The notes under the pieces were generated by a model. That model saw nothing but the letters and a program-made list of their open reading frames with translations, was not told the DNA's origin and ran no database searches. Shown here in pieces: positions 27,267 to 38,117 of a DNA stretch of 64,000 bases (within the stretch, counting starts at the first letter, position 1; each line of letters opens with the position of its first letter). The DNA is taken from contig JAGVBT010000049.1 in the NCBI GenBank assembly GCA_020059605.1, positions 45,120 through 109,119 on the forward strand. The letters are read 5' to 3'. Source of the stretch: Deltaproteobacteria bacterium (GTDB lineage Bacteria; Desulfobacterota; BSN033; UBA1163). The translations under genes were made by a program, and so were the position numbers.

Positions 27267-28946
27267 TCAGTATTTTACCGGTTTTGCCCGGTCATAGGTG
27301 AAGGGTTTGTGGCAACCGACCACGCAGGTGCCTCCCGTGGGGGTCTTCGTAAAATGAATGGGATAGCTCCACATCTTTCCGTAAGGCACTTCTTTCCTGA
27401 TGTGTTTCGGCTGGTTCCCGGCATGGACTTCGTGGCATGCCTTGCAGCTTCTTCCTTTTCTTTCCTTATTCACATGGACAAAATGAAGATTGCGGTCTCC
27501 GTTTCGAAAGCTCGTCAGCTCCAGCGTCTTGGGGTGGAGGGCGATATCCTTGTTGTGGCAGTCGAAACAGATGGCATAGTTCTCCGTCTTGTAGGAGATA
27601 TAAAATTCGACCGGGAAATAGTTTTTTAAGATCCTCGGAAAAAGCGATCCATGGGTTTGATGGCAGGCGGCGCAGTCATTCTGCTCCACAGGACCATGAA
27701 AATATTTGCTTGTTCTGGTTTTTTCTCCCAGGTCCTGATGGCAGGTAAAACAAATTTCCTTGAGCGGAGCCTTCAGTAGTTTTTCAAAATCGGTGAAATG
27801 AACGCCGTGGCACGCCGAACACTCCCCTTTTTGAACTGGCTGGTGAGGGAACTTGGCCTGGGCAATGGATTGGGTGGTTTTCGGATGGATGGTTTGATGG
27901 CACTCAATGCACAGTTGATTCTGCACTTTTCGCAGCAAGGCCTTCTGTGAGGAGGCGTGAGGATCATGGCATTCCTGGCAATTCTCTTTGATGATGGGGT
28001 GGACGTATTTTTTATTTAAACCTTTCTCGATGTCTTGATGGCAGGAGTAGCAGAGCTTTTCCGAAGGCAGGGTCAATAATTTCTTATTGGGCGAAGCGTG
28101 CGCATGGTGGCAGGCAATGCAATCCCCGCCTTTGAGCGGTTCATGGAGGTTGGCCTGCTTAACGAGCTTAGCGTCATGGCAATTAAAGCAGAATTCCTGT
28201 CGGGAGGAGCTTTTCAATTGGTAGCGGAGAGGAGATTGATGTGGGTCATGGCAATCGCTGCACCCGCCTTCTGATACGGGTGCATGGACCGACTTCCCCT
28301 TAAATTCTTCCGCTTCCGTTTCATGGCAGATGTAGCAACCTTCCGCCCCCGGCCTGGTCATCATGTTTTTGAAAGGCGTGCCATGGGGATTGTGGCAGGC
28401 GATGCATGTTCCCGAACCAACCGGCCCATGGACAAAATTTGCCTTTCCCATCTGGGAGTGGCACTGGGGGGAGACGCAGGTCGCGCTGGGAATCATTTTC
28501 TTATAAGAGAAAGGTTCTCCCTTTAAGGCATGACAATCCTGGCATTGGTCTTCTCTCTCTATCGGGAAATGGATGGTATAAGGCCGGAAGCCTTCAGGAG
28601 GCCTGGCATCCTCTGTTGAAAAGTGGATCGAGAGCGGTTGTGTCATCCTGCCGGCCTGGTCCTGAACCGATATTTCATTCAGTCCCTTCTTGAGGCGAAT
28701 TGCAACGGTGAAGGCCCCCTTGAGGACAGGAACGGTTGTTGTTCCCAGGACCTCCCCTCCCTTCACCTGGCACGTAACATTCTTGACGGATGGATCCGTG
28801 GCCACCCCGATGATCCTGATTCTCTCCCATTTAACGACGCTGCGGTCGGCAGGATAAACGATACGAAACCCTTCTTTTGCAGCCCCCGTGTGAATCGGCA
28901 GCAGAAGGCAACACATGCATATCCCAACCAGAATAACATTCCTCAT
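27267..28946 (-). CDS. large multiheme c-type cytochrome (14 CxxCH + CX4CH + CX3CH) with N-terminal Ig-like beta domain
   Basis: Signal peptide and ~110-aa beta-rich domain. This is followed by c3/c7-like repeat units (…HGPV..G.CxxCH.PH…) containing 14 canonical CxxCH plus CVSPQCH and CVVGCH. Confidence 0.8.
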   Translation of the reverse strand: MRNVILVGICMCCLLLPIHTGAAKEGFRIVYPADRSVVKWERIRIIGVATDPSVKNVTCQVKGGEVLGTTTVPVLKGAFTVAIRLKKGLNEISVQDQAGRMTQPLSIHFSTEDARPPEGFRPYTIHFPIEREDQCQDCHALKGEPFSYKKMIPSATCVSPQCHSQMGKANFVHGPVGSGTCIACHNPHGTPFKNMMTRPGAEGCYICHETEAEEFKGKSVHAPVSEGGCSDCHDPHQSPLRYQLKSSSRQEFCFNCHDAKLVKQANLHEPLKGGDCIACHHAHASPNKKLLTLPSEKLCYSCHQDIEKGLNKKYVHPIIKENCQECHDPHASSQKALLRKVQNQLCIECHQTIHPKTTQSIAQAKFPHQPVQKGECSACHGVHFTDFEKLLKAPLKEICFTCHQDLGEKTRTSKYFHGPVEQNDCAACHQTHGSLFPRILKNYFPVEFYISYKTENYAICFDCHNKDIALHPKTLELTSFRNGDRNLHFVHVNKERKGRSCKACHEVHAGNQPKHIRKEVPYGKMWSYPIHFTKTPTGGTCVVGCHKPFTYDRAKPVKY

Positions 28947-29815
28947 TGCTCAGTCCCCCCTGTTTCTCAGATTCAATCAAGGAATTTGTTGAAATCAGCC
29001 CGAAACTTTTTTCTTTTAAAATTTAACGGAACAGTATCGAAAGCATAGAACGGATCAGCGCCGTCCATGGGAAACCTATAGCAGATACGGATTAAAAACA
29101 CAATAGTTTTCGGGTAAAAATATTCAGTAAAAACTATCCGGGGCACATGTATTTTGGTTTCCTGCAGATGAAGGCAAATAACCTTACATTTTTGTGCATA
29201 ACCTTTCCAATTTGTTCTTCAGGACGTTTTCTTTTTCAAAAACCTCGCAGAAATCCTAATCATTTATCCTCTCCTTTTTTCCATTTGCTTCCATTTTCAT
29301 TTTATTTATATTATGAATCTGGCATAAATCATGCTGATATCTTAAAAGTCAGAAATCTAAAAAAGGAAAGGGGGGGAATGGTTTGAAAAAGCTGATCGTT
29401 ATTCTATTGACCCTGGTTTTTAGCGCAGGCATGGTTTTTGCCTCGGGAGGCAAAAATCATGGGACCAAGGGTGCAGGAAACACATCAACAGGGAGCACTG
29501 CGAAAGGGACTGCCTCCCAGCCCCGAACTGGGCGATAATGATCTTGACCCACTTTGTATTATCAAAACGATAGGGACGGGAGGGATCCTGTCCCTATCGC
29601 CGTTTTCCGCTTTTCCTCTTCCTATCTTAGGTGTTTCTCTCCGTCCGGGAAACTGGAGAAGAAATGAACCCTCCGACAGACCTTGTGAATCGGGGCCGGG
29701 CCGATTATGTTTGCATAACCTTTTTGAGAATGATATAAGAAAATCATGGCTTGTCCGTTGTCACCAGGATTTTAAGTTCAAAAGGAAAAATGCTAAGAAT
29801 ATAGACCTGGCCCCA

Positions 29816-30829
29816 ATGAGAATTTTGGCGATTGAGACGTCGTGCGATGATACGGGAGCGGCGGTCCTGCTGAACGGGAGAAAGATCCTCTCCAATGTGG
29901 TTTCCTCGCAGGTTTCTGTCCATCAGAAATACGGCGGGGTCGTACCGGAGCTGGCTTCGAGAAAACATATCGAAATGATCGTTCCCATTGTGAACGAGGC
30001 ACTGGAGAGGGCAAGGGTCACGTTCAAACAGATCGATGGGATCGCAGTCACTCAGGGGCCAGGGCTGGTGGGATCCCTGCTCATAGGTCTCTCTTTTGCG
30101 AAATCACTGGCTTTTGCTGCAAGAGTCCCTTTCGTTGGAGTCAATCATATCGAAGCGCACCTCTCGGCCGCTTTCCTTGAAGAGAAACCTCCAAAGTTCC
30201 CCTTCATCGGCCTGGTGGTTTCCGGAGGACACACCTCTGTCTTTCGCGTGGACGGGTTTGGAACATTTAAAAGGGTAGGCCAGACGAGGGATGATGCGGC
30301 AGGTGAGGCTTTTGATAAAGTTGCAAAACTTCTGGGACTGGGATATCCGGGCGGGCCGATCATCGATGAACTCTCCATGGAGGGAAATCCAAAGGCGATC
30401 CGGTTTCCAAGGGCCTCCCTCGGGAAAGATTCGTTTGATTTCAGTTTCAGCGGGGTGAAGACAGCGGTGGTTCATTTCGTGAGGGCCCATTCCGAACCGC
30501 CCGGAGGGATTACGGAAGAGATGATCCGGGATATCGTTTCAAGTTTTCAGGAGGCGGTCGTCGATGTCCTTGTGAAAAAGACTTTTCGGGCAGCTCAACA
30601 CGAGGGTTTGAAGAGGGTGGTCATCTCCGGAGGGGTGGCGGCCAACCGGCTTTTACGACAAAGAATGGGAGAGGAAGCACTCAGGCAGAGGATGCGAGTT
30701 TATATTCCTTCCCCAATCTTCTGCACGGACAATGCGGCCATGGTGGGCGTGGTCGGATATGAATATTTGAAGAAGGGGGTAAGGTCACCATTATCACTCA
30801 ATGCTTTTTCAAATTTACCCCTCCGATGA
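29816..30829 (+). CDS. tsaD: tRNA N6-adenosine threonylcarbamoyltransferase
   Basis: MRILAIETSCDDTGAAVL N-terminus. Kae1/YgjD motifs VNHIEAH and GVSGGVAAN. Start moved to the internal ATG at 29816; the ORF-track start at 29438 adds a non-conserved extension. Confidence 0.85.
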   Translation: MRILAIETSCDDTGAAVLLNGRKILSNVVSSQVSVHQKYGGVVPELASRKHIEMIVPIVNEALERARVTFKQIDGIAVTQGPGLVGSLLIGLSFAKSLAFAARVPFVGVNHIEAHLSAAFLEEKPPKFPFIGLVVSGGHTSVFRVDGFGTFKRVGQTRDDAAGEAFDKVAKLLGLGYPGGPIIDELSMEGNPKAIRFPRASLGKDSFDFSFSGVKTAVVHFVRAHSEPPGGITEEMIRDIVSSFQEAVVDVLVKKTFRAAQHEGLKRVVISGGVAANRLLRQRMGEEALRQRMRVYIPSPIFCTDNAAMVGVVGYEYLKKGVRSPLSLNAFSNLPLR

Positions 30830-30952
30830 ATTTAAAATTCGAAGCGCGAAATCCGGGCGAAGCGTCCAGCAGGACCCATTCGAAACAAGCACGAATCTCA
30901 AAAATCAAATGTCCCAAACAAATTGAATGTTTTGAATTTTGAGATTTGAATT

Positions 30953-31837
30953 TTGGATTTGTTTCGGGCTTCGATATTCGAATTTCGTATTTTCCGAGGT
31001 CAGTCATCTTTGGTATCCATACGAAAAGAATTGGCAGAATATGGTTTATCTCCAAGAAAGAAACTTGGACAGCATTTTCTTATTGATCGAAACATATTAG
31101 CCAAAGTGATCCGTGCGGCAGAGGTTCAGAGGGAAGATGCGGTTCTCGAAGTCGGTCCGGGACTGGGGGAGATGACGCTGGCCCTGGCACAAAAGGCCGC
31201 CAGGGTGATTGCCGTTGAAATCGATTCACCGCTGGTTGAACGATTAAGACAGAAGGTGTCGGACATCCCCAACATAAAGATCATTTTGGCAGATATCTTA
31301 AGAGTTGATTTCAGTTCATTCTTCCATCAAGCGGGAAAACCTCTTAAAGTTGTAGCCAATCTGCCCTACCAGATTTCCACACCACTTCTCTTTCGTTTCA
31401 TCGAATCGAGAAAGCTCTTTTCCAACCTGACGTTGATGTTGCAAAGGGAGGTGGTTGAAAGGATGATTGCCCGTCCCGGCGGGAAAGAGTATGGCGCTTT
31501 ATCCGTCTTGATCCAGATGGTTTCCCATCCATCCGTCCAATTTTTTATCAAACCTTCCGCCTTCTTTCCTCCTCCCAAGGTTGAATCCGCCGTTGTCCGA
31601 ATCGCCTGGAGAGATGATTTGATGATGAAAGCGGAGGATGAGGATTGGCTTAGGCAGGTGGCGAAGGCAAGCTTCAGCCACCGGAGAAAGACTCTGGCCA
31701 ATTCGTTAAAACACTCCGGTATTTCCCTCCCTCCATTGCCTGAGAAGAGGATTGAGAAGGCAGGGATCGACCCCGGAAGAAGGCCCGAGACACTCACCAT
31801 CCAGGAATTCATCCGCTTAGCAGAAGTCTTAAAATAA
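30953..31837 (+). CDS. rsmA: 16S rRNA (adenine1518/1519-N6)-dimethyltransferase
   Basis: KKLGQHFLIDRNIL ... LEVGPGLGEMT SAM-binding motif and the ANLPYQISTP catalytic motif. The true start may lie a little downstream of 30953. Confidence 0.8.
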   Translation: MDLFRASIFEFRIFRGQSSLVSIRKELAEYGLSPRKKLGQHFLIDRNILAKVIRAAEVQREDAVLEVGPGLGEMTLALAQKAARVIAVEIDSPLVERLRQKVSDIPNIKIILADILRVDFSSFFHQAGKPLKVVANLPYQISTPLLFRFIESRKLFSNLTLMLQREVVERMIARPGGKEYGALSVLIQMVSHPSVQFFIKPSAFFPPPKVESAVVRIAWRDDLMMKAEDEDWLRQVAKASFSHRRKTLANSLKHSGISLPPLPEKRIEKAGIDPGRRPETLTIQEFIRLAEVLK

Positions 31838-31910
31838 TTGGAAAGATCTGTTTGCAAAATCCCCGGTGGATGATTATTTTATTCGTTGAATAGCCAACAG
31901 GGGGTAACAG

Positions 31911-34504
31911 GAATGAATATAGATAAATTCACATTAAAAGCCCAGGAGGCCTTGCAGGGCGCGAAAGGTGTTGCCGAGCAGAGGAACCATCAACAAATCG
32001 ATGTAGAGCATCTTTTAACCGCCCTTCTTACACAGAAAGAGGGGATTGTGATTCCCATCATCCAGAAACTCGGAGCCAATCCGACCGTCCTCGCCTCCCA
32101 ACTCGAGGGGGAGTTGAATCGTATTCCAAAGGTGACCGGAGGAGGGGTGGGGCAGGTCTACCTTTCGAGCCGGCTGAACGAGATTCTGAATGCGGCATGG
32201 AAAGAGGCGGAGAGGCTGACGGATGAGTATCTCTCCACGGAGCACCTGTTAATCGCGATTACGGATGAAAAAGGAGGCGCTGCTTCTCAGATCCTGCAGA
32301 GAAATGGGGTGACAAAGGACGCCATTTTTAGGGTGTTGCAGGAGATCAGGGGATCTCACCGGATAACGGACCAGAACCCGGAGGAAAAATACCAGGCGTT
32401 GAAGCGATACAGCCGGGACCTTACGGAGGAGGCAAGGAAGGGAAAACTCGATCCCGTGATCGGAAGGGATGATGAAATCCGCAGGGTCATCCAGGTTCTC
32501 TCAAGGAGGACCAAGAATAATCCTGTGCTCATCGGTGAGCCGGGGGTGGGGAAGACGGCGATTGTCGAAGGGCTGGCCCAGCGAATCGTCAAGGGCGATG
32601 TTCCCGAGACCCTGAAGAACAAGAGACTGGTGGCCCTCGACCTGGGAGCCCTGATCGCCGGCGCAAAATTCCGAGGAGAGTTCGAAGAGAGGTTAAAGGC
32701 CGTCTTGAAAGAAATCACGGCCGCCGCGGGAAACATCATCCTCTTCATCGATGAGCTCCACACCCTGGTGGGAGCCGGCGCCGCGGAAGGCGCGATCGAT
32801 GCCTCCAACATGCTCAAGCCCGCCCTGGCCAGGGGAGAACTGCGGTGTGTGGGCGCCACCACGCTCAACGAATATCGCAAATATGTCGAGAAAGACGCGG
32901 CCCTTGAGAGGAGGTTTCAACCGATCTTTGTGGCCCAGCCTTCAGTAGAGGATACGATTGCAATCCTGAGGGGATTGAAGGAGAGATACGAGGTTCACCA
33001 CGGCGTAAAGATCAAGGACTCGGCGATCCTCGCCGCTGCCATGCTTTCCCACCGTTACATCTCCGACCGTTTCCTTCCGGATAAAGCGGTCGATCTGATC
33101 GATGAGGCTGCCTCCCGATTAAGAATCGAGATTGACAGCGTGCCCATGGAGCTGGACGAAGTTCAGCGAAAAGTGATGCAATTGGAGATTGAGCGGCAAG
33201 CCCTGAAGAAGGAGAAGGATAAAGCCTCAGTTGAGAGATTGAAGAAGCTTGAGGAGGAACTTGCGGATCTGAAGAACGAAGTCCAGGAGAAGAAACTGAG
33301 GTGGGAGAACGAGAAGAAGGCCATTTTGCGAATCCAGCAGATTAAGGAACAGATGGAGAAGACAAAACAGATGATGAAGGAGGCAGAACGCGAGGCCGAC
33401 TACTCGAAACTGGCCGAATTGCAGTATGGAGAGATGTCCCATCTCGAGGGGGAGATGAAAAAGGAAGAAGAGAAACTTTCCGACCTTCAGAAAGAGGGTA
33501 AGATGCTCAAGGAGGAAGTGGATGAAGAGGATGTAGCCGAGGTCGTTTCCAAATGGACGGGCATACCGGTCTCAAGGATGCTGGAAGGGGAGGTCGAAAA
33601 GCTCATCCGTATGGAGGAGAGGCTGCGTCAGAGAGTGGTCGGGCAGGAGGATGCGATCGTTGCGGTTTCAAATGCGGTGAGAAGGGCGAGGGCCGGGTTG
33701 CAGGATCCGAACCGGCCCATCGGTTCGTTCATTTTCATGGGGCCAACCGGCGTGGGAAAAACGGAGTTAGCCCGGGCCCTGGCCGAATTTCTGTTTGATG
33801 ACGAGCAGGCCATGGTGAGGATCGATATGTCCGAATTCATGGAAAAACACTCCGTGGCACGGCTGATCGGAGCGCCTCCCGGATACGTGGGCTACGAGGA
33901 AGGCGGGTTCCTCACGGAGGCGGTTCGGAGAAGGCCTTACTCGATTGTCCTGATGGACGAAATTGAGAAAGCCCATGCCGAGGTATTTAACCTTCTTTTG
34001 CAGATTCTCGATGACGGGCGGTTAACCGATGGCCATGGAAGGACGGTCGATTTTAAGAATACGGTGGTGATCATGACCTCCAACATCGGGAGCCAGTGGA
34101 TCGTGGATCTGGGGGAGAGCGATTACGAGGAGATGAAGCGACGGGTGATGGAGGCGGTGAAGGCCCAGTTCAAACCGGAATTTTTAAACCGGGTCGATGA
34201 GTTGATCATCTTCCATGGCCTCGGAATGGAAGAGATTAAGGCAATCGTTGAGATCCAGGCCAAAAAACTTGAAAAGAGGTTGCTCGAAAGACGGATAGCC
34301 CTGAAAATCACTGAAAAAGCAAAGGAATTTCTGGCTAAGGAAGGGTTCGATCCAGCATACGGCGCCCGTCCCCTTAAGCGGGTGATTCAAAGGGAAATCC
34401 AGGATAAATTAGCAATGAAGATACTGGAAGGAAAATTTAAGGAGGGAGATACGGTCAACGTCGACATGGACACCAGAAAAGGGGGACTGGTTTTCAAGGC
34501 ATAG
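31911..34504 (+). CDS. clpB: ATP-dependent chaperone ClpB
   Basis: Clp N-domain, two AAA+ modules ([16 protein letters not shown]), long coiled-coil M-domain and ClpB signature. Start at the ATG after RBS GGGGGTAACAGGA. Confidence 0.9.
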
Positions 34505-34614
34505 TTTTCAGGGTATAGAAGGATAACCTGATAATTTTCTTGACAATAATGAAAAAGGGGGCTATACATACAAGGAATTATGATAACCTGCAAGGATGCA
34601 GGAAGGAGGTTTGT

Positions 34615-34689
34615 AGGCACGTAGCTCAGGGGGAGAGCGCTACCTTGACGCGGTAGAAGTCTGGGGTTCAAATCCCCACGTGCCTACCA
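34615..34689 (+). tRNA. tRNA-Val (anticodon GAC)
   Basis: Acceptor AGGCACG/CGTGCCT, anticodon loop TTGACGC, T-arm TGGGG-TTCAAAT-CCCCA, CCA encoded. Confidence 0.8.
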
Positions 34690-34781
34690 TTTGAATCGAT
34701 TTATAAAGAAGTGGAAGATAACTTATTGAAAAAAAATACATTTTAGAAAAAAATCATGGAGAGGCATCATTCATTTTTCCG

Positions 34782-36704
34782 ATGGATGATGCCTCTTCCA
34801 TTTCGATTCAGGTAGAAATGGAAGAGCAAATCGCCATAACTTTTCCCGATGGTTCAAAGAGACTGTTTGCAAAAGGTGCGAAACCATTTGAATTCGCTGA
34901 CGAAGGGGCTGTAGCCGCGCAGGTGGACGGCGCCTTGGTTGATCTTTCGAAACCGCTGGAAAGGGATGCATCGGTCTCTTTTATCTCCATCCATTCGAGA
35001 AAAGGCCTTGATATCTTGCGTCATTCCTCTGCCCATGTCATGGCCCAGGCAGTGAAAGAGCTCTATCCTTCCGTCAAGCTCACCTTTGGTCCGTCCACGG
35101 ATACCGGGTTCTATTACGATTTCGATTATGACCGGACCTTCTCGCCACAGGACCTTGAGGCCATCGAAAAGAGAATGGCGGAGATCATCGAAAAGAACGA
35201 ACCCTTTTTCAGAAAGGAAGTATCGAAAGGGGAGGCCACCGAAGTTTTTGAGAGAATGGGAGAATCCTATAAGGTTGAGCATCTTGAAGATCTTCCCGAC
35301 CGCGTCTCGCTTTACCGTAACGGGAGTTTCACGGACCTTTGCGAGGGGCCTCATCTTCCTTCGACGGGAAAGATCAAGGCATTTAAACTCCTTAATGTTT
35401 CAGGAACCTATTGGAGAGGGGATGCCCGGAATCAGGTACTCCAGCGGATTTACGGGACGGCCTTTCCGGACCCGCAGGGGCTGAAAGATTATCTCCATAT
35501 GCTTGAGGAGGCCCGGAAACGGGATCACCGGAAATTGGGGAGAGAACTGGACCTGTTCAGCATCAGTGAGGAAGCCGGGCCGGGCCTGGTGATCTATCAT
35601 CCGAAAGGCGCCCTCCTGAGGACCGTTCTCGAGGATTTTGAGAGAAAAGAGCACCTGAAGCGGGGCTACCAGATCGTCATCGGCCCCCAGCTTCTCAGGT
35701 TGGACCTGTGGAAGCGGTCCGGACATTTCGAGAACTACCGCGACAAGATGTATTTTACCAAGGTGGAGGATACCGAATACGGGATCAAACCGATGAACTG
35801 CCTGGCCCACATGCTGATCTACAGATCGCAGATTCGGAGTTATCGGGATCTTCCGCTTCGTTACTTTGAACTGGGTACGGTTCACCGCCATGAAAAGTCG
35901 GGTGAACTCCATGGCCTCCTCCGGGTGAGGGGGTTTACGCAGGATGACGCCCATATCCTCTGCCGCCCCGACCAGTTGAACGACGAAATCTATGCGATCA
36001 TCGAATTCGTTGATGATGTGATGAAGGTTTTCGGTTTCGAATATGAGATGGAGTTGTCCACCCGGCCCGAGAAGTCGATCGGAACCGACGAGGACTGGGA
36101 GAAGGCAACCGAGGCCCTGCTCAACACCCTGGAGGGAAAGAACCTGCCTTTTGAAATCAATGAAGGGGATGGGGCCTTTTATGGCCCCAAGATCGATGTG
36201 AAGCTCAAAGACGCTCTGAATCGCAAATGGCAGTGCGCCACCATTCAGGTTGACTTTGCCATGCCCGAGAGGTTCGATCTCACCTATGTGGGAAGCGACG
36301 GAGAGCGTCATCGGCCCGTCATGCTTCACCGCGTGATTCTCGGAGCCATGGAAAGATTCATCGGGGTGCTCATCGAGCACTATGCAGGAGGTTTCCCGGT
36401 CTGGCTTGCCCCTGTTCAAGCCACGGTGTTAACGGTGACGGAGCGGCAAAACGTTTACGCCGAGCAGGTTTATCGCCGGTTGATCGTCAAAGGGATCCGT
36501 GCCGAAAAGGATCTCAGGAATGAGAAGCTTGGATTCAAGGTGAGGGAGGCTCAGGTTCAGAAGATTCCCTATATGCTGATCATAGGGGAAAAAGAGGAGA
36601 AGGAAGGGACCGTTTCTCCACGCAAACGAAACGGCGAGACAATGGGTCCGATGGGCGTTGAAGAATTCATCCAGACGGTTGAATCAGATTATCCAAAATT
36701 ATAA
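34782..36704 (+). CDS. thrS: threonine--tRNA ligase
   Basis: TGS and second-additional domains followed by a class II core ([25 protein letters not shown]) and an anticodon-binding domain. 640 aa. Confidence 0.9.
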   Translation: MDDASSISIQVEMEEQIAITFPDGSKRLFAKGAKPFEFADEGAVAAQVDGALVDLSKPLERDASVSFISIHSRKGLDILRHSSAHVMAQAVKELYPSVKLTFGPSTDTGFYYDFDYDRTFSPQDLEAIEKRMAEIIEKNEPFFRKEVSKGEATEVFERMGESYKVEHLEDLPDRVSLYRNGSFTDLCEGPHLPSTGKIKAFKLLNVSGTYWRGDARNQVLQRIYGTAFPDPQGLKDYLHMLEEARKRDHRKLGRELDLFSISEEAGPGLVIYHPKGALLRTVLEDFERKEHLKRGYQIVIGPQLLRLDLWKRSGHFENYRDKMYFTKVEDTEYGIKPMNCLAHMLIYRSQIRSYRDLPLRYFELGTVHRHEKSGELHGLLRVRGFTQDDAHILCRPDQLNDEIYAIIEFVDDVMKVFGFEYEMELSTRPEKSIGTDEDWEKATEALLNTLEGKNLPFEINEGDGAFYGPKIDVKLKDALNRKWQCATIQVDFAMPERFDLTYVGSDGERHRPVMLHRVILGAMERFIGVLIEHYAGGFPVWLAPVQATVLTVTERQNVYAEQVYRRLIVKGIRAEKDLRNEKLGFKVREAQVQKIPYMLIIGEKEEKEGTVSPRKRNGETMGPMGVEEFIQTVESDYPKL

Positions 36705-36763
36705 CCCCCCATCCCCCTTGTTTGATAAAGGGGGGGTAGGGGGGATTTAAGAAGGAGGTGGGA

Positions 36764-37291
36764 ATTATCGCCAGGGATGTGCGGGTGAATCGGGAAATTC
36801 GGGCAAGGGAACTCAGGGTCATCGACCCTGAAGGGAGACAGTTGGGGGTCTTACCTCTGGTAGAGGCGCTTCGGGCAGCGGCCGACGCCGATTTGGACCT
36901 GGTCGAGGTTTCACCGAAGTCGGAACCGCCGGTCTGCCGCATCATGGACTACGGGAAGTTCAAGTATCAGCAGAGCAAAAAAGCCCATGACGCCAAGAAG
37001 AAACAGGCCGTGATCCATCTCAAGGAAGTGAAACTGAGATCAAAGACGGAGGAACATGATTTACAGTTTAAGCTCCGGCATATTGAGCGGTTTTTAAAAG
37101 AGGGCAATAAGACCAAGATCACCATCATCTTCAGGGGAAGGGAGATCGCTCATGCCGACTTAGGCAGGCAGATGATGGAGCGGGTCATGGAACAAGCGAA
37201 AGAATGGGGGAAGATTGAGCAACCCCCAAAGTTTGAAGGCAGGAATTATGTGATGATTCTGGCTCCCCTGCAAAGCCAGAAGCCAGCATAA
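36764..37291 (+). CDS. infC: translation initiation factor IF-3
   Basis: I(I)ARDVRVNREIRARELRVIDPEGRQLG N-domain. Probable non-canonical ATT start 5 nt after the AAGGAGG RBS, as is classical for infC. The ORF track begins at the GTG at 36758. Confidence 0.8.
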   Translation: MIARDVRVNREIRARELRVIDPEGRQLGVLPLVEALRAAADADLDLVEVSPKSEPPVCRIMDYGKFKYQQSKKAHDAKKKQAVIHLKEVKLRSKTEEHDLQFKLRHIERFLKEGNKTKITIIFRGREIAHADLGRQMMERVMEQAKEWGKIEQPPKFEGRNYVMILAPLQSQKPA

Positions 37292-37367
37292 TCTATATTT
37301 TATAAGAAAACCGGAATAGGGAAAGGTTTGAAACCGTTCCCTACCTGCTCAAGAAAAGGAGGACAGT

Positions 37368-37565
37368 GTGCCTAAATTAAAAACGAATCGTGGGGCGGCC
37401 AAACGATTCAAAAAAACCGGGACCGGGAAAGTGAAGGCGAAGAAGGTGTTTTCCCGACATATCCTGACAAAGAAATCGGCAAACCGGAAACGGGGTCTCA
37501 GGAGACCCAAAATGGTCGAGGAAGCAAATATCAAGGGAATTGAAAGATTAATTCCTTATGTTTAA
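37368..37565 (+). CDS. rpmI: 50S ribosomal protein L35
   Basis: MPKLKTNRGAAKRFKKTGTGK, 65 aa. Confidence 0.9.
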   Translation: MPKLKTNRGAAKRFKKTGTGKVKAKKVFSRHILTKKSANRKRGLRRPKMVEEANIKGIERLIPYV

Positions 37566-37594
37566 AAACCAAATGGGAAACCGGGAACGGGAAG

Positions 37595-37630
37595 GATGCC
37601 CGTATCGTTCATAGAAGGCTACGTTTATCG
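37595..37630. repeat. dispersed intergenic repeat, copy 2 (GATGCCCGTATCGTTCATAGAAGGCTACGTTTATCG)
   Basis: About 32/36 identical to 16048-16084. It lies in the rpmI-rplT spacer. Confidence 0.6.
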
Positions 37631-37692
37631 TCTCTTCCTTCTTTACACCGTTACCCGGTAAAATTGATTAACCTAAGGAAGGAGCATGTTCC

Positions 37693-38067
37693 ATGCCGAG
37701 AGTAAAAGGTGGACCGAAGACCAGGACAAGAAGAAAGAAGGTTCTTAAGATGGCCAAGGGCTATGTGGGAGGACGAAGCCGACTCTATCGAACGGCTGTG
37801 GACGCCGTCCACCGCGCTTTAGCTTACGCCTACAGGGACCGCCGGACAAGAAAGAGGGATTTCCGGAGATTGTGGATCACCCGGATCAATGCAGCCGCGA
37901 GGATTCACGGCATGACCTATAGCGTCTTGATGGATGCCTTGAAGAAAGCTCATATCGAGTTAGACCGGAAGATATTGGCCGAACTGGCAGTGAGCGATCC
38001 CTCGGCTTTCCTGAAGATTGTAGAGCTGGCTAAGGCCGGTACAGAAGTTGAAAAAACAAAAGCCTAA
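37693..38067 (+). CDS. rplT: 50S ribosomal protein L20
   Basis: [24 protein letters not shown] ... ; 124 aa. Confidence 0.9.
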   Translation: MPRVKGGPKTRTRRKKVLKMAKGYVGGRSRLYRTAVDAVHRALAYAYRDRRTRKRDFRRLWITRINAAARIHGMTYSVLMDALKKAHIELDRKILAELAVSDPSAFLKIVELAKAGTEVEKTKA

Positions 38068-38117
38068 CCCGGTTTCATTCATAAGGGACTCAAGGGAATC
38101 CTTTAGGGAAAAGAGCG

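Noticed and set aside
29438-29815. N-terminal 126-aa extension of tsaD given by the ORF track (MPREAKIMGPRVQ…)
   Set aside because: The extension is low-complexity and unconserved. The canonical TsaD N-terminus MRILAIETS starts at 29816.
34387-34671. 94-aa minus-strand ORF downstream of clpB
   Set aside because: It overlaps tRNA-Val and has a low-complexity hydrophobic translation. It is likely non-coding.
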